Positions 9,319-20,121 of a DNA stretch of 64,000 bases are shown piece after piece. The position numbers were made by a program, and so were the translations under genes. The notes beneath the pieces are model-generated. The model did not search any database, was not told the origin of the DNA, and saw only the letters and a program-made list of their open reading frames with translations. The first letter of the stretch is position 1. Every line of letters starts with the position of its first letter. This DNA is from an uncultured Candidatus Saccharibacteria bacterium (GTDB taxonomy: Bacteria > Patescibacteriota > Dojkabacteria > J137), in the NCBI GenBank assembly GCA_964561155.1, contig CAZLOI010000003.1:16832-80831 (forward strand). The letters run 5' to 3'.

Positions 9319-10995
9319 TCAATCTCCTTTTTTCTTTGTAACGTAATACTCTAGATACTTACCAAATATAAGCCTTGTATGAGCCTCTAGACCTGGTAGG
9401 ACGGTTAATAGGAAGCCAACGAAGGGTTGGACTATCCATTCGAATAAATGCTTTATTCTAGTAATTACATTGTTACTCGTATTTGGTTTTAGGAATATAT
9501 CTAGGATAATGACAGGAATCATGCAGAATATCGTTAACTGAATGATACTCGAAGATACTCTTGGTAGATTTGCTCCAAACACTGTGAATGCAAACTCAGG
9601 TCTAATTAGTGCTGGAATATTACCTCCAACCAAGATCATTAAAGATCCCACTGGTCCAAATATATGGTCGAATATTGTGTGAACAGACATATATATCATT
9701 CTAGGTCTTAACTTTCTAATTGGTGTAGAAAACAAGTTCTTAAGAACCCATCCATCATCTGAAATACCCCACTGCCATCTTCGTTCCTGTAAATAGTTGT
9801 TCCTGATTGTTTGCCAATGTGATTCTCCTTCAGCAGCATCAGACATAATCTTTATGAACATTGGAATCGTTTGTACTTTTTCTGGGTATTTAAATAATCC
9901 TTTAAAGAACATGTGGAAATCTTCAGGAGTAACCCAAGGAGTCCAGTATCCAATCTCTTCAATTAACCACAAAGTTGTTGTGTATGTAGAAAATGGAACT
10001 AGCTTATCTGTTCGAATTAATCTTCCTACGTTATATATACTAGACATTGAATTCTTAACTCTTGCATAGAAAGGTAATCTCCAAATATTGTTGTATAGAA
10101 CTAAAGCTCCGTTAAAGTATTTGTATTCACTGTCAGCAATTGTTGAGAATAGATATGTTTGATATGAGAAATATTCTGCTGGTAGCTTTGAATCGGCATC
10201 GCAACTAGTTAATGTTACTCTCTTCTTGTTCCAGCCGAGTAGATTAACCTGCTTTGTAACTTCTCTACCTGCCCATGCCATATTCGCAGATTTACCCACT
10301 GCTTCACCTTCTTGTAGAACATGATTTGTTATCCATATGTTATTAAATACATCTTTGTATTCTTCGCGTAGCTTTTCCGAAACAATAACACCGTTTGGGT
10401 CTGCAGCCTCTGCTGCAAGTACTACATTAATCTGTTTAACTGGAAAGGTTTGATTCTTAAGGTGCTCCATCGTTGCCCTAAGGATTGATTCTGGTTCCTT
10501 AACATGAGGAACAACTACGATATGTTGAATATCACTCCAGTTTGTAATATTGTTTCTAACTCTTTTTATTTCTCCTATCTCTATACCCAAGAACCTTATC
10601 GTTTCATACTTATGGAACATGAATGCAAGACGACCAAACCATTTTCTTGCATTTGGATTCTCTGCTCTATAGGTTTCATAGCTCATGCTTCGAACACCTG
10701 CGATACTGCTTTGAATATTTGAAATGAATTCATCAGGATTCAATGTACTATCCAATCTTTTCCTCCATTGTACTGACTCTTCTCTTCGTATCTTTGCTAA
10801 CGATATAGCGAAGAGTACTGCGAATGAGAATGATTTATACAGAAAATATACGTTTAGTAGGATTATTAATATTGCTGCTAGTTCTGGATTTATAAGACTT
10901 ATTAATAGTGGAAGTATTAAAAGTGAAACTCCAATTATTGGTGGAACCTTTTCTAGAATTACATCGAGATTAGTTTTATTTATATTTTTGGCCAT
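9319..10995 (-). CDS. Membrane-integrated family-2 glycosyltransferase (processive synthase-like)
   Basis: N- and C-terminal TM segments, DxD-type TSCDADS, QERRWQWG (QxxRW) motif. Confidence 0.7.
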   Translation of the reverse strand: MAKNINKTNLDVILEKVPPIIGVSLLILPLLISLINPELAAILIILLNVYFLYKSFSFAVLFAISLAKIRREESVQWRKRLDSTLNPDEFISNIQSSIAGVRSMSYETYRAENPNARKWFGRLAFMFHKYETIRFLGIEIGEIKRVRNNITNWSDIQHIVVVPHVKEPESILRATMEHLKNQTFPVKQINVVLAAEAADPNGVIVSEKLREEYKDVFNNIWITNHVLQEGEAVGKSANMAWAGREVTKQVNLLGWNKKRVTLTSCDADSKLPAEYFSYQTYLFSTIADSEYKYFNGALVLYNNIWRLPFYARVKNSMSSIYNVGRLIRTDKLVPFSTYTTTLWLIEEIGYWTPWVTPEDFHMFFKGLFKYPEKVQTIPMFIKIMSDAAEGESHWQTIRNNYLQERRWQWGISDDGWVLKNLFSTPIRKLRPRMIYMSVHTIFDHIFGPVGSLMILVGGNIPALIRPEFAFTVFGANLPRVSSSIIQLTIFCMIPVIILDIFLKPNTSNNVITRIKHLFEWIVQPFVGFLLTVLPGLEAHTRLIFGKYLEYYVTKKKGD

Positions 10996-11064
10996 CTGTA
11001 TAGCTTAATTAGGTAATAGAATCAGGATATTATATCACTATACAGTCTACTAGTTTAACTGTAA

Positions 11065-12225
11065 CTATTGAAGCACTTCTTCTATAACTTTGAATATTTT
11101 CTTAGGTGAGTCCAGATCTACAAGGCTTCCTGCAAAGTCCTTGCACTTATCTAACGAGTCTCCATTGAAGCCTTTGTTCGATTTCTTCTGATTTAATCCA
11201 ATAAGAATTGTTTGATACAAAGTTTCTGATCTTAACTTGTCATTTTGTAACAGAGTATATCCAAGTCCTGTCTTCTCTACATACTTTGCATTGATAACTT
11301 GCTCATCATGCGATGTATTTGGAATTGGGATAATGATTGAAAGCTTTCCTAAAGCTAGAATTTCTGTGATAGTATTGGCTCCACCTCTAGACACAAGTAA
11401 ATCTGCATAGTGGAATACTTCTCCAATATATTCTGAAGCAATGTAGTCTGTAACAACGTATCGATTTCTTTTCTCCATTGGAAGATTATTCTTAATTTCT
11501 TTTGCTTTAGCAAAGTCTCCAGTTACTGAAGAACTTCCTGTCTGATGAATTATATTTACATCTTCCAACAACTTATCTAGTACTTCAAAAACTCTTGAAT
11601 TAATAAAGTGGGAACCTTGGTTACCTCCCATAATTAATACTGTTGGTCTCTTTGTATCTAAGTCTTTGGTAAAGAAATCTGTTTTAGAAACCAAAACTTC
11701 TCTTCTAATTGGATTCCCAACTAGTATAGTTTTCTTCTCTGAATAGTATTTAAGTGAAGTATCCCAAGAAACTAGTACCTTATTAGCAAATCTAGCAATT
11801 ATCCTATTAGATAGTCCTGCAACAACTGTTTGCTCATGTGTAATGATTCTTTTTCTAAACAACCAACCCATTATCGCTACAGGAACAGCAGTGTAGCCAC
11901 CAAAGGATATTATCATCCTTGGTTGATGCCACCCTACAATGAAGAATGCCTTTATAATACCAACAAGAACCATGAATAGATCCCAAAAGAGTCTATAGAA
12001 CTTAGTTATGGGTAGATGTCTATTTAGTTTTCCTGAGTTTAGGTTAACGAATGGTATTCCAAGTTTTGAAACTGTAATATATTCAGCTGAATTTGTTGTA
12101 TTACCAAGTTGATTGTACTTCTGTCCTACCCAAACGATATTAGTATAGCCATTTTTTCTTAGCTCAGAAAGAACCGCCAAAGCAGGAGTTAGATGTCCGC
12201 CTACAATCATTATCTTACTTTTCAT
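11065..12225 (-). CDS. murG: MurG-like UDP-GlcNAc:lipid I N-acetylglucosaminyltransferase (GT28)
   Basis: MIVGGHLTPALAVLSELRKNGY... ISFGGYTAVPVAI... and a C-terminal UDP-sugar binding half (GGNQGSHFIN). Confidence 0.75.
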   Translation of the reverse strand: MKSKIMIVGGHLTPALAVLSELRKNGYTNIVWVGQKYNQLGNTTNSAEYITVSKLGIPFVNLNSGKLNRHLPITKFYRLFWDLFMVLVGIIKAFFIVGWHQPRMIISFGGYTAVPVAIMGWLFRKRIITHEQTVVAGLSNRIIARFANKVLVSWDTSLKYYSEKKTILVGNPIRREVLVSKTDFFTKDLDTKRPTVLIMGGNQGSHFINSRVFEVLDKLLEDVNIIHQTGSSSVTGDFAKAKEIKNNLPMEKRNRYVVTDYIASEYIGEVFHYADLLVSRGGANTITEILALGKLSIIIPIPNTSHDEQVINAKYVEKTGLGYTLLQNDKLRSETLYQTILIGLNQKKSNKGFNGDSLDKCKDFAGSLVDLDSPKKIFKVIEEVLQ

Positions 12226-14453
12226 ATATCTGATTTCGAATCAAATTTTAAAAGATTCCTTCTTCTAATATACTGCCTAGCCACCGCCATTGCTATGATA
12301 GAAGCAACAGGAATTCCAATCGAGCTAATAAACAAGGTTGTAATCTGGCTTGAGTCTGGTGTAAATCTAACAGTTTGTCTAATCTTGCTTCGTAATTCAG
12401 AAATACTTTGTTCTTTAGACAACCATTCTAGAGAGTTAATCATGAATGTTAGAACTAGTTGATCTTGTCCATCTCTTGATTGCAATGAACTTAATATTTC
12501 ATCTGAGAACACATCAGAGTCCCCTAGTACTATAGCTCTTGAGTCACCCTTTTCAATTGATGCAGCAACTGTAATTTGCCTGTCATCTTCGCGCTCGTTA
12601 TAGTTTCGCTGTAAAGAAATATTTAATACTTCTTTTCCTTCAGTATTAGAACTATTTGATGTTACATAAAGTGGTTTAACATTAACACCTGCTGATTGTC
12701 CTATTGTTAATGCATTTGCCCAAAGCAATGAAATATTCTGAGCACCCTTAGTTATTGGATCATTCAAATCTGATTGTGCTGGAAGTATCCAGAAAGGATA
12801 ATCTACAGGAACTTGGAATAGTCCGTTACTAATACCTACTACATTATTTTGTACCATATCGTATACAATTTCAGACTCTACACTTACTCCATATTCCGAG
12901 AACAGATCTGCGAGTGTGAAAGCTACTTCTTCACCTCCTGTTTCAGATGTTGTACTTGGTTCAAGTGTATCTTGAAGTAACATAACCGATCCTCCATTAT
13001 CAAAGTATGCTTTAATTGTTTCTACAACACTTTCTTCAAGTACCTGATTCGCACCAGGAATTAATAGAACCTTGATATCTTCTGGAATAGTTAGTGTGCC
13101 CTCCTCCGTTGATAGTTCAACGAAGCTAAACAAAGATCCAGCTTCTGTATTAAGAGTTGTGTATGTTGTATCTAGTGTATTCTTAACACCCTTTGCTAGC
13201 ACTCCAATTTTTTGAGTTTGTAATCCTGCTAGTTTCCTAATCTTTGTTGTTATCTGATATTCTAAATCTTCTGTACCTGCTGTTAGATTAATTACTTCTT
13301 TTTGATCTCCATAGTTAATTACAATTCCAAAGAAACCTACAACGCTTTGTGAAGAATCTTCAGAACTTACTTGGAATAGGATTTCTTGTAAACCATCGGC
13401 TTGTGCTTCTGATCTTGCATCTTCTGAACCAGAAGTATTTATTCTTTCATACTTAACTTTATTAGGAATGAATCTAGAATATTCTGTGAGTAGATCATTA
13501 ATATTCTTATGTACCGATTGCAGTTCTCCTGGTAGGTTGCTTGAAGTGTATAGTTTGATATAAACCTCCCCTTCAACAGAACCAACAATATTCTTGCTTG
13601 CATCTGTTAGTGTGTATCTTTTGTCTGACGTTAAATCTAGTTTTAGATATACGTTTTGGAACAAGAAAATAATACTTAGGGCAAGTACAATTGTTAGGAA
13701 AAGGTTTGTATATAGTGTCTTAAACTCTTTGCTCTTTCTAGAAAATATCTCAGCCTTTATAGCAAAGTGAGCTAGAGTCAAGAATACTATAATGAAGCCT
13801 ACAAAAAATGAAACATCCTTTACATCGAATACTCCATTTGAAAGACTTTGATAGTGGAACAAGATACCAAATGTTTGAAATAGGTCTCTTAAAGCTAGTG
13901 GAATAATATTCAACATATCTGTTCCACCTACAATAAGAATCAATCCTAGTATTAATGAGATTAAGAATGTTGGGATTTCTGAGCTAAAATTTGTTGATAC
14001 CCAGATACCTAAAGCTATAAGGGCAGATGCATAGAAGTATATTCCAATGTATTGTGCAATTACCTGACCAAAGTCTAAAGGCGTTATCGTTCCTATAGAT
14101 AGAACAAATGGTAGAGTTAATGCTAGTAAGATTCCTGTAAATGAAAGGTATGCAAAAAACTTTCCTAGAATAATATCTCTAACTCTTAAAGGTGAAGTTA
14201 ATAGATATTCATAAGTACCGGCTCCTTTCCCCTTGGAAAAAGCTCCCATTGTTATGGCTGGTAGTATGAATGTTAGAGTTATTGCTACCGCATTAAAAAG
14301 CTGCGTAGTATCTCCTGATCCAAATTTAATGAATTGAAATACAAAGAATAGTAGAAGAAATGTTACTAGAAAAAATACAATACCGATTACATAAAATGTA
14401 GGGGTATTTATAAATGATCTTAGTTCTTTTTTTGTGACTGCGAATGACTTCAT
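12222..14453 (-). CDS. ABC-2 type permease fused to a GldG-like extracytoplasmic domain
   Basis: Six N-terminal TM helices, a large soluble domain, a C-terminal TM; 4-nt overlap with the upstream ATPase gene. Confidence 0.55.
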   Translation of the reverse strand: MKSFAVTKKELRSFINTPTFYVIGIVFFLVTFLLLFFVFQFIKFGSGDTTQLFNAVAITLTFILPAITMGAFSKGKGAGTYEYLLTSPLRVRDIILGKFFAYLSFTGILLALTLPFVLSIGTITPLDFGQVIAQYIGIYFYASALIALGIWVSTNFSSEIPTFLISLILGLILIVGGTDMLNIIPLALRDLFQTFGILFHYQSLSNGVFDVKDVSFFVGFIIVFLTLAHFAIKAEIFSRKSKEFKTLYTNLFLTIVLALSIIFLFQNVYLKLDLTSDKRYTLTDASKNIVGSVEGEVYIKLYTSSNLPGELQSVHKNINDLLTEYSRFIPNKVKYERINTSGSEDARSEAQADGLQEILFQVSSEDSSQSVVGFFGIVINYGDQKEVINLTAGTEDLEYQITTKIRKLAGLQTQKIGVLAKGVKNTLDTTYTTLNTEAGSLFSFVELSTEEGTLTIPEDIKVLLIPGANQVLEESVVETIKAYFDNGGSVMLLQDTLEPSTTSETGGEEVAFTLADLFSEYGVSVESEIVYDMVQNNVVGISNGLFQVPVDYPFWILPAQSDLNDPITKGAQNISLLWANALTIGQSAGVNVKPLYVTSNSSNTEGKEVLNISLQRNYNEREDDRQITVAASIEKGDSRAIVLGDSDVFSDEILSSLQSRDGQDQLVLTFMINSLEWLSKEQSISELRSKIRQTVRFTPDSSQITTLFISSIGIPVASIIAMAVARQYIRRRNLLKFDSKSDI

Positions 14454-15362
14454 GCTGTTTCTTTTAATTTAATGAATAATTGCTCAAGACTTGAACTACA
14501 TTGGTGGAAACTTAAAATATTAAGTTTATTCGATCTAATCGTTTCATTCACCATTTTTATAGCAATCTCTAGATCTCCCTTTATCTCAATTTCAAATAAT
14601 GTTCCAATACTAGATTCTTTCTTAACTACATCGTATCCCTTTAGTAGATCTTGCTTAACGTCTTGTTCTAGGAAATGTAGTTCGTATTTAACAGTCTTGT
14701 CTTTCAGATCCTTTATACTTCCATCTGCTACTATCTTTCCTTTGTGGATAAGGATAATCTTTGAACAAATAGCTTCAACTTCTTGTAGAACATGAGTACT
14801 AATTAAGACTAAGCTGTCACTAGCCAATGATTTAATTAATCCTCGAATCTCATTTCTTTGAATTGGGTCTAATCCTTCTGTTGGTTCATCAAGTATTACA
14901 ATCTTAGGTTTACCAATAATTGCTATAGCAAGACCAAGTCTTTGTTTGTAACCTTTAGATAGTTCGGAAACTCTTTTGTAGTACACTTCCTTTATTCCTG
15001 TTGCATCAACTACTCTCTTTATTTCAGCTTTTCTTTCTCCCTTGTCGTTAATTGATTTAAAATCTAAAGCAGTATCGAGACTCTCTTTTACAGATAGCTC
15101 AGCATATAGTGGATTGCTTTCAGGCATAAACCCTACGTTTGTTTTGTATGCATCGAAGTCTTCATATATAGATTTACCATCTATTTGAATAGTTCCTTCA
15201 TCTGGAAAGAAGAAACCAGCTAGAGCTCTCATAGTCGTTGTTTTTCCCGCTCCGTTTGGACCAAGCAACCCAACTACTTCACCTTTATGTAATTCGAAAG
15301 AAATTTCATCTAAAACCTTTTTTTCTCCTAAGTATTTTGTAACTTTTTCTAGTTTAAGCATA
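14450..15362 (-). CDS. ABC transporter ATP-binding protein
   Basis: Walker A GPNGAGKTT, signature LSKGYKQRL, Walker B IVILDEPTEGLD; start taken as MLKLEKV at complement 15362 rather than the longer ORF-track start that would overlap the YhaM gene. Confidence 0.85.
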
Positions 15363-16403
15363 TTAGAATAATGATTGAATATCTTCTGGATTAGATTCTG
15401 GTTTGCTCTCTGCTCCCTTATCGCTAGTTGTTTTTGTATCTGAGTTTGTATTTGTTTTTGGATTCTTCCAAACCTTAACTCCTCCAAGCCATCTGTTGTA
15501 GTCTGAAAACTCTTGTCCTTCCGCTATTCTACTAGTTGCTGAATCTACACTTCGTGCTTTAGACGAAAGATTATCAATGTTGCTTAAGATAACAGCTTCA
15601 GTAGTACTTGGAAGCACTGGACTACCAAATTCATGTGTACCGTGATGAGAAAGAATTAAGTGACAGATATGATTGTACGTACCTTCATCAATTGTTTCAT
15701 CTGCGAACTGAGTGAATATAATCACTCCTAGGTTTATATGTCCTATTAACATTCCTTTTGTAGAATAATTGGCACCTATGTTTGAACTATCTAACTCTTC
15801 AACTTTTCCAATATCGTGTAAAACTATACCTGCTGTTAATACATCGTAATCAATTCCTGGATAGAATCTAGCAAGTGATTTTTTTATTTCTAACATCTCT
15901 AATATATGCTGTAGAAGACCTGATCTAAATTCATGATGAACAGTTTTTCCTGCTGGCCAGAACTTTAGCTTAGCGTTTATCTCTTTGTCATTAACTATCT
16001 TTAGAAGAACCTTCTTTAACTTTGCATCTTTAATCGTTTCTATCTCTTCTAGAAGCTCCTTCATCATGTCTTCTGGTGAATAGATACTTGTTTCCAAAAA
16101 ATCATCCATATCAGCAGCAGTTGATTCTATAACTTCCGTTATATTTAACTGAGGAACACCACGAAACTCTTCAACTCTTGCATTAATACTTACAATTGTT
16201 CCTGGAGCAAGTAATGATTTATCTATATTAAGAAGTTTGTCTCCCCAAATCTTTCCCTCAACCTTTCCTGTCTTATCTCCAATAACTACTTTGAAATATT
16301 CCGATCCATTCTTGTCTAATGCCTTTTCGGCCTCAACCAATAAAAAGTTTTCGAAGTTAATTGAAGCTCCTTTTTTCAGATCTTTAACGTATGTATTTTT
16401 CAT
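15363..16403 (-). CDS. yhaM: YhaM-like 3'-5' exoribonuclease (OB-fold + HD domain)
   Basis: HHEFRSGLLQHILEM, GIVLHDIGK and LSHHG HD-domain motifs with an N-terminal OB-fold region. Confidence 0.7.
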   Translation of the reverse strand: MKNTYVKDLKKGASINFENFLLVEAEKALDKNGSEYFKVVIGDKTGKVEGKIWGDKLLNIDKSLLAPGTIVSINARVEEFRGVPQLNITEVIESTAADMDDFLETSIYSPEDMMKELLEEIETIKDAKLKKVLLKIVNDKEINAKLKFWPAGKTVHHEFRSGLLQHILEMLEIKKSLARFYPGIDYDVLTAGIVLHDIGKVEELDSSNIGANYSTKGMLIGHINLGVIIFTQFADETIDEGTYNHICHLILSHHGTHEFGSPVLPSTTEAVILSNIDNLSSKARSVDSATSRIAEGQEFSDYNRWLGGVKVWKNPKTNTNSDTKTTSDKGAESKPESNPEDIQSLF

Positions 16404-16410
16404 TTGAAAT

Positions 16411-16794
16411 TTATCTTATGTATATAAAATAGTATAACCAGTATAGCACTACTGATACTATTTCGAACACGATAGAGAAGATCTGAACAATAACTCTACC
16501 ACCTCGTAGCGTTAGAGCGTTACCGAAGATTTTGAGTAATTGTATGAAGATTGAAAGTACATTAACTATTGTTAGAACAATAACTACTGCAAGGAATGCT
16601 CCTTGTAATCCTAGAGCTGTTTGGGACAATAAAAAGATTGCAGCTATTGGAACTCCTATCGTTCTTAGTAATAATCCAAACATATTTTTTAAGTTTATAT
16701 TTAATCTATCTCTAGTATACACAGCTGTACTAAAAGTTCCAAGGATAAACTTTGTAGAGTATGTGCCTACGACTAACGTGATAAAATTATTCAA
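16411..16794 (-). CDS. Small multi-TM membrane protein
   Basis: 127-aa ORF that is almost entirely hydrophobic. Confidence 0.35.
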   Translation of the reverse strand: MNNFITLVVGTYSTKFILGTFSTAVYTRDRLNINLKNMFGLLLRTIGVPIAAIFLLSQTALGLQGAFLAVVIVLTIVNVLSIFIQLLKIFGNALTLRGGRVIVQIFSIVFEIVSVVLYWLYYFIYIR

Positions 16795-17804
16795 TGCAAT
16801 TCCAGATAAACAACAAAACTAGATACTTTCTTATCGTCCTCATTCTTGGTTTTATTCTATATAGAGTACTTAACGTTGAAAGCTTTCTACAATTTGATCC
16901 AAATGGAATTCAAATCGGATACAAATTAAATGATCTAGTTACTACTTTTAGAAGTATCCTTATACAATCTTTCCCATTCCTGGTAATAGGATCTCTAGTC
17001 TCTGCTATAGTTGCAGCATTTGTTAAAGAAACCTGGCTCTTAAGCATTATTCCAAAGAATAGATTCCTATCTCACTTCCTTGTTTCTCTCCTTGGGTTCC
17101 TAATGCCTGTATGTGAATGCGGGAATGTTCCAGTAGCAAGAAGATTCATGCTACAAGGGTTTAAAGTATCCCACGCTGTTACCTTTCTAATGTCCGCACC
17201 AATTCTAAACCCTATTACTCTTTGGAGCACTTACGAAGCATTTAGAGGTGTGTATCAGAACGATATTATGCTGTGGGCTAGAATAATTGCGTGCTTAGTA
17301 GTAGCAAATGGACTTGGTTTGATAATTAGTTACAAAAGAAATCAATACTCTTTGCTTACAGATTCATTCTACAAAGAAGTATGTGAACATAAGCCGGAAG
17401 AAAAGAAAGACGGATTCCGAAACTTTATTGGAATCTTTTCAAAAGAATTTACAGTGGTAGCTACAACTTTAATTATGGGAGCTGCTATTGCAACACTGTT
17501 CCAATTAATTCCAAGGGATATTATTCTTGGTGTTGGCCAGAATGTAATACTATCTATTTTCGCAATGATTCTATACTCATTTATAATTTCTGTTTGTTCT
17601 AACGTAGATTCATTCCTTGTTATTAGGTATACATCAACATTCACACCAGGTTCAATTGCTGCTTACCTTTCATTTGGTCCATTGATTGATATAAAGGTAC
17701 TGACAATGCTTAGATCATCATTTAAAACAAAAACACTGTTATTCTTTACTGCATTCATATTCCTAACTTCTGTACTAACAGGTTTAATAGTTAACTTACT
17801 GTAA
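16794..17804 (+). CDS. DUF318/UPF0718 family permease
   Basis: Multi-TM protein with MPVCECGNVPVARRF motif typical of the DUF318 permease family. Confidence 0.65.
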   Translation: MQFQINNKTRYFLIVLILGFILYRVLNVESFLQFDPNGIQIGYKLNDLVTTFRSILIQSFPFLVIGSLVSAIVAAFVKETWLLSIIPKNRFLSHFLVSLLGFLMPVCECGNVPVARRFMLQGFKVSHAVTFLMSAPILNPITLWSTYEAFRGVYQNDIMLWARIIACLVVANGLGLIISYKRNQYSLLTDSFYKEVCEHKPEEKKDGFRNFIGIFSKEFTVVATTLIMGAAIATLFQLIPRDIILGVGQNVILSIFAMILYSFIISVCSNVDSFLVIRYTSTFTPGSIAAYLSFGPLIDIKVLTMLRSSFKTKTLLFFTAFIFLTSVLTGLIVNLL

Positions 17805-18610
17805 TGTTTGGATACGTATTTTCGATAATATTTGGTGGTTGGATTCTTTCAGCACATTTCCTACAACGAAATTTAAGTATCTATACATCTGACAGATACT
17901 ATGGATTAATACTGGTTGCTGCTTTCGTATCCGTTTTAATAGGAGTAGCAGGTATATATATAAATCGTAACTCATTCAAACAATCAAGCGACTCAACTAC
18001 ATATCTTGGAACATTCATAGCAACGCTAATCGGCGGACTCATCTTTTCACCAATACTCCTTCTATTCTCTATCTTTATGCTCGTATATTCTCAGTTCAAT
18101 TTGAAAATAAGCATGAACTTTATCTTTGCAGGAGTTCTCTTAACCAGTATCATCTTCCCTTCAAAAGGAATATCTCCGGCACTTGCAGAAGAACGTGCAG
18201 ATGAAATTAATACTGTGAACATTCAAACAGGAGTTAAGATACTTAACAACTTTGCTGTAGCTACAGATGAATACAGTATTGGAGACTGGGCTGCTTCTAT
18301 TTCATACAATCCAGATCCAGAATTCTATAAAGGAAAGAAAGTGAACTTAGATGGATTCATATTTAAACCTTCAAACCTAGAAAGTGATGAATTCTATATT
18401 GCTAGATACACAATTCGTTGTTGTGTTGCAGATGCAGCTCCTACTGGAATAAAGGTGAAGTATGACATTACAGATGAATTCCGAGTTGGAGACTGGGTAC
18501 GAGTTAGCGGTGAATTTGATATAGATGATTCAAAAGGTTACCAAGATATAGTAGTAAAGACTGAAAGTGTAGAAGCAATAGATATTCCAGAGAAACAGTA
18601 TATTTTCTAA
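17804..18610 (+). CDS. TIGR03943 (DUF1980) family protein, usual partner of the DUF318 permease
   Basis: Two N-terminal TMs followed by a soluble domain with ARYTIRCCVADAAP (the conserved CCxxDA motif); start overlaps the stop of the permease gene. Confidence 0.65.
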   Translation: MFGYVFSIIFGGWILSAHFLQRNLSIYTSDRYYGLILVAAFVSVLIGVAGIYINRNSFKQSSDSTTYLGTFIATLIGGLIFSPILLLFSIFMLVYSQFNLKISMNFIFAGVLLTSIIFPSKGISPALAEERADEINTVNIQTGVKILNNFAVATDEYSIGDWAASISYNPDPEFYKGKKVNLDGFIFKPSNLESDEFYIARYTIRCCVADAAPTGIKVKYDITDEFRVGDWVRVSGEFDIDDSKGYQDIVVKTESVEAIDIPEKQYIF

Positions 18611-18613
18611 CAT

Positions 18614-19984
18614 ATGAGAAAAAGCCTTGAGTTAATTACAATTATTGCCCTAATAATATCAACAGTCTTGGTAGGTATTGTATCGCTACAAAGTAGCTTT
18701 AGAGTTTCAGGAACAGAAAGGAATGATGATACAAACGTTATTAGCATCTACTTTAATAAACCAATTCCAAGAGACCTTGATCTTACAAAGTATATAAGCT
18801 CCATTCCTTCTAGCAATCTATCGTTTAACAACGTTGGAAACAGAATTGAGATATTACTGAGTAACCTAAGTTTAGGTGAAACATACAACGTTAAGGTAGA
18901 TAGAAGTCTTCCAAATCTATTCAATGAAACGCTTAATCAAGATACGATTGTAGAATTTAGTACAAAGAATCCAAAGTTTGCATACCTTAGAAACAAAGAT
19001 GGCTCCTTTGCAATACATACGTACGATCTAAAGACACAGGAAGATGTGCTTCAATACGCTACTTCTAATGAAATTAGAAGCTATTCGATTACAAGAAAAT
19101 ATCTACTTGTTGCAGAACTACAAACACTAACAGATATCAAAGTATCTTTAATAGATATAGCTACAAAAGATGTTGTAGAAGAAATAAATTTAAGTCAAAG
19201 CAACTTGTTTAAAGTAGAACTATCAGACAACAATGATTTTTTCATATATATCAGTCAGGATGCAAAGTCAGAAAGCGGTTTTGTAATACCTTTGGGATCA
19301 AGTAAGTTAACGCGTGTAGAAATTGATACTCTCGAAACAATTAACTTTAGCTACAATGAATTTACCAATGATATTCTCGATGCGTATATTACACCAGACA
19401 ACGAGGCTATGCTTCTACGAGGATTTGATTCAACATTCTATATAAAATCATTCCTAACAGATGACGAACCAATTACATTAGCGAAGTTTATAGGGACAGG
19501 TGGCTTTAATAGCAAAGGAAGCCAAATAATCTTTACAGCATTCGATCCAACGCTTGCATTCTCATCATTCCCATATATATCAATATACAACTCAGATCGA
19601 TCAACTGAGGATATAAAGATAGAAGGTTCATACGTAATAGATTCAGTGTTTGGTGGAGATTCTTCGATATACTACGCGAAGAAAGTAAAGGAACTTTTAG
19701 GAACACCAGGTTTCTTTGGAATATATAACTACAAAGACAATGCAGAGAAAGTAGTTATTCAAGATGACAACCTAGATACAAGCTTTGAATTACCTATACT
19801 CAGTCAAGACGACAACTATCTTTGCTACGAATCATATAGCGAAGCTGCAATGATGGATAACAGTAATCAAAGAAGTTTTATTAATCAAAGAAAACCTAAA
19901 AATGCATCTGTAAATATTTTCGAATTTCAAAGAAAAGGAAATGTAATTGAAATCCCGAATTCATATGACTGTAGGTGGATCTAG
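18614..19984 (+). CDS. Hypothetical N-terminally anchored beta-rich extracytoplasmic protein (456 aa)
   Basis: ATG 3 nt after the upstream stop; one N-terminal TM then a long Ser/Thr/Asn-rich beta-type sequence. Confidence 0.45.
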   Translation: MRKSLELITIIALIISTVLVGIVSLQSSFRVSGTERNDDTNVISIYFNKPIPRDLDLTKYISSIPSSNLSFNNVGNRIEILLSNLSLGETYNVKVDRSLPNLFNETLNQDTIVEFSTKNPKFAYLRNKDGSFAIHTYDLKTQEDVLQYATSNEIRSYSITRKYLLVAELQTLTDIKVSLIDIATKDVVEEINLSQSNLFKVELSDNNDFFIYISQDAKSESGFVIPLGSSKLTRVEIDTLETINFSYNEFTNDILDAYITPDNEAMLLRGFDSTFYIKSFLTDDEPITLAKFIGTGGFNSKGSQIIFTAFDPTLAFSSFPYISIYNSDRSTEDIKIEGSYVIDSVFGGDSSIYYAKKVKELLGTPGFFGIYNYKDNAEKVVIQDDNLDTSFELPILSQDDNYLCYESYSEAAMMDNSNQRSFINQRKPKNASVNIFEFQRKGNVIEIPNSYDCRWI

Positions 19985-20019
19985 GCAATAACACCCTTAA
20001 TCAAATTTAAACTAATATT

Positions 20020-20055
20020 CTTGACACCGATCTTTGGAAATGTTTCAATATACTC
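20020..20055 (+). promoter_or_regulatory. Conserved upstream element (copy A) containing TTGACA, about 65 nt upstream of surface-protein paralog 1
   Basis: CTTGACACCGATCTTTGGAAATGTTTCAATATACTC; near-identical element at 22479. Confidence 0.35.
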
Positions 20056-20121
20056 TGAGGTTGCACTCATAACTATATCGCCTAAGTTTTATATTTAAAG
20101 CACATTAACTAGGACTATTTT

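Noticed and set aside
12193-12462. Plus-strand ORF at the murG/ABC-permease junction
   Set aside because: It sits antisense to the overlapping ends of two well-supported minus-strand genes. It is a shadow ORF.
14450-15487. Long 345-aa version of the ABC ATPase ORF
   Set aside because: The first 41 codons overlap the 3' end of the YhaM-like gene and form low-complexity sequence (QKQIQTQIQKQ). The ABC domain begins at MLKLEKV (complement 15362), abutting the upstream stop.
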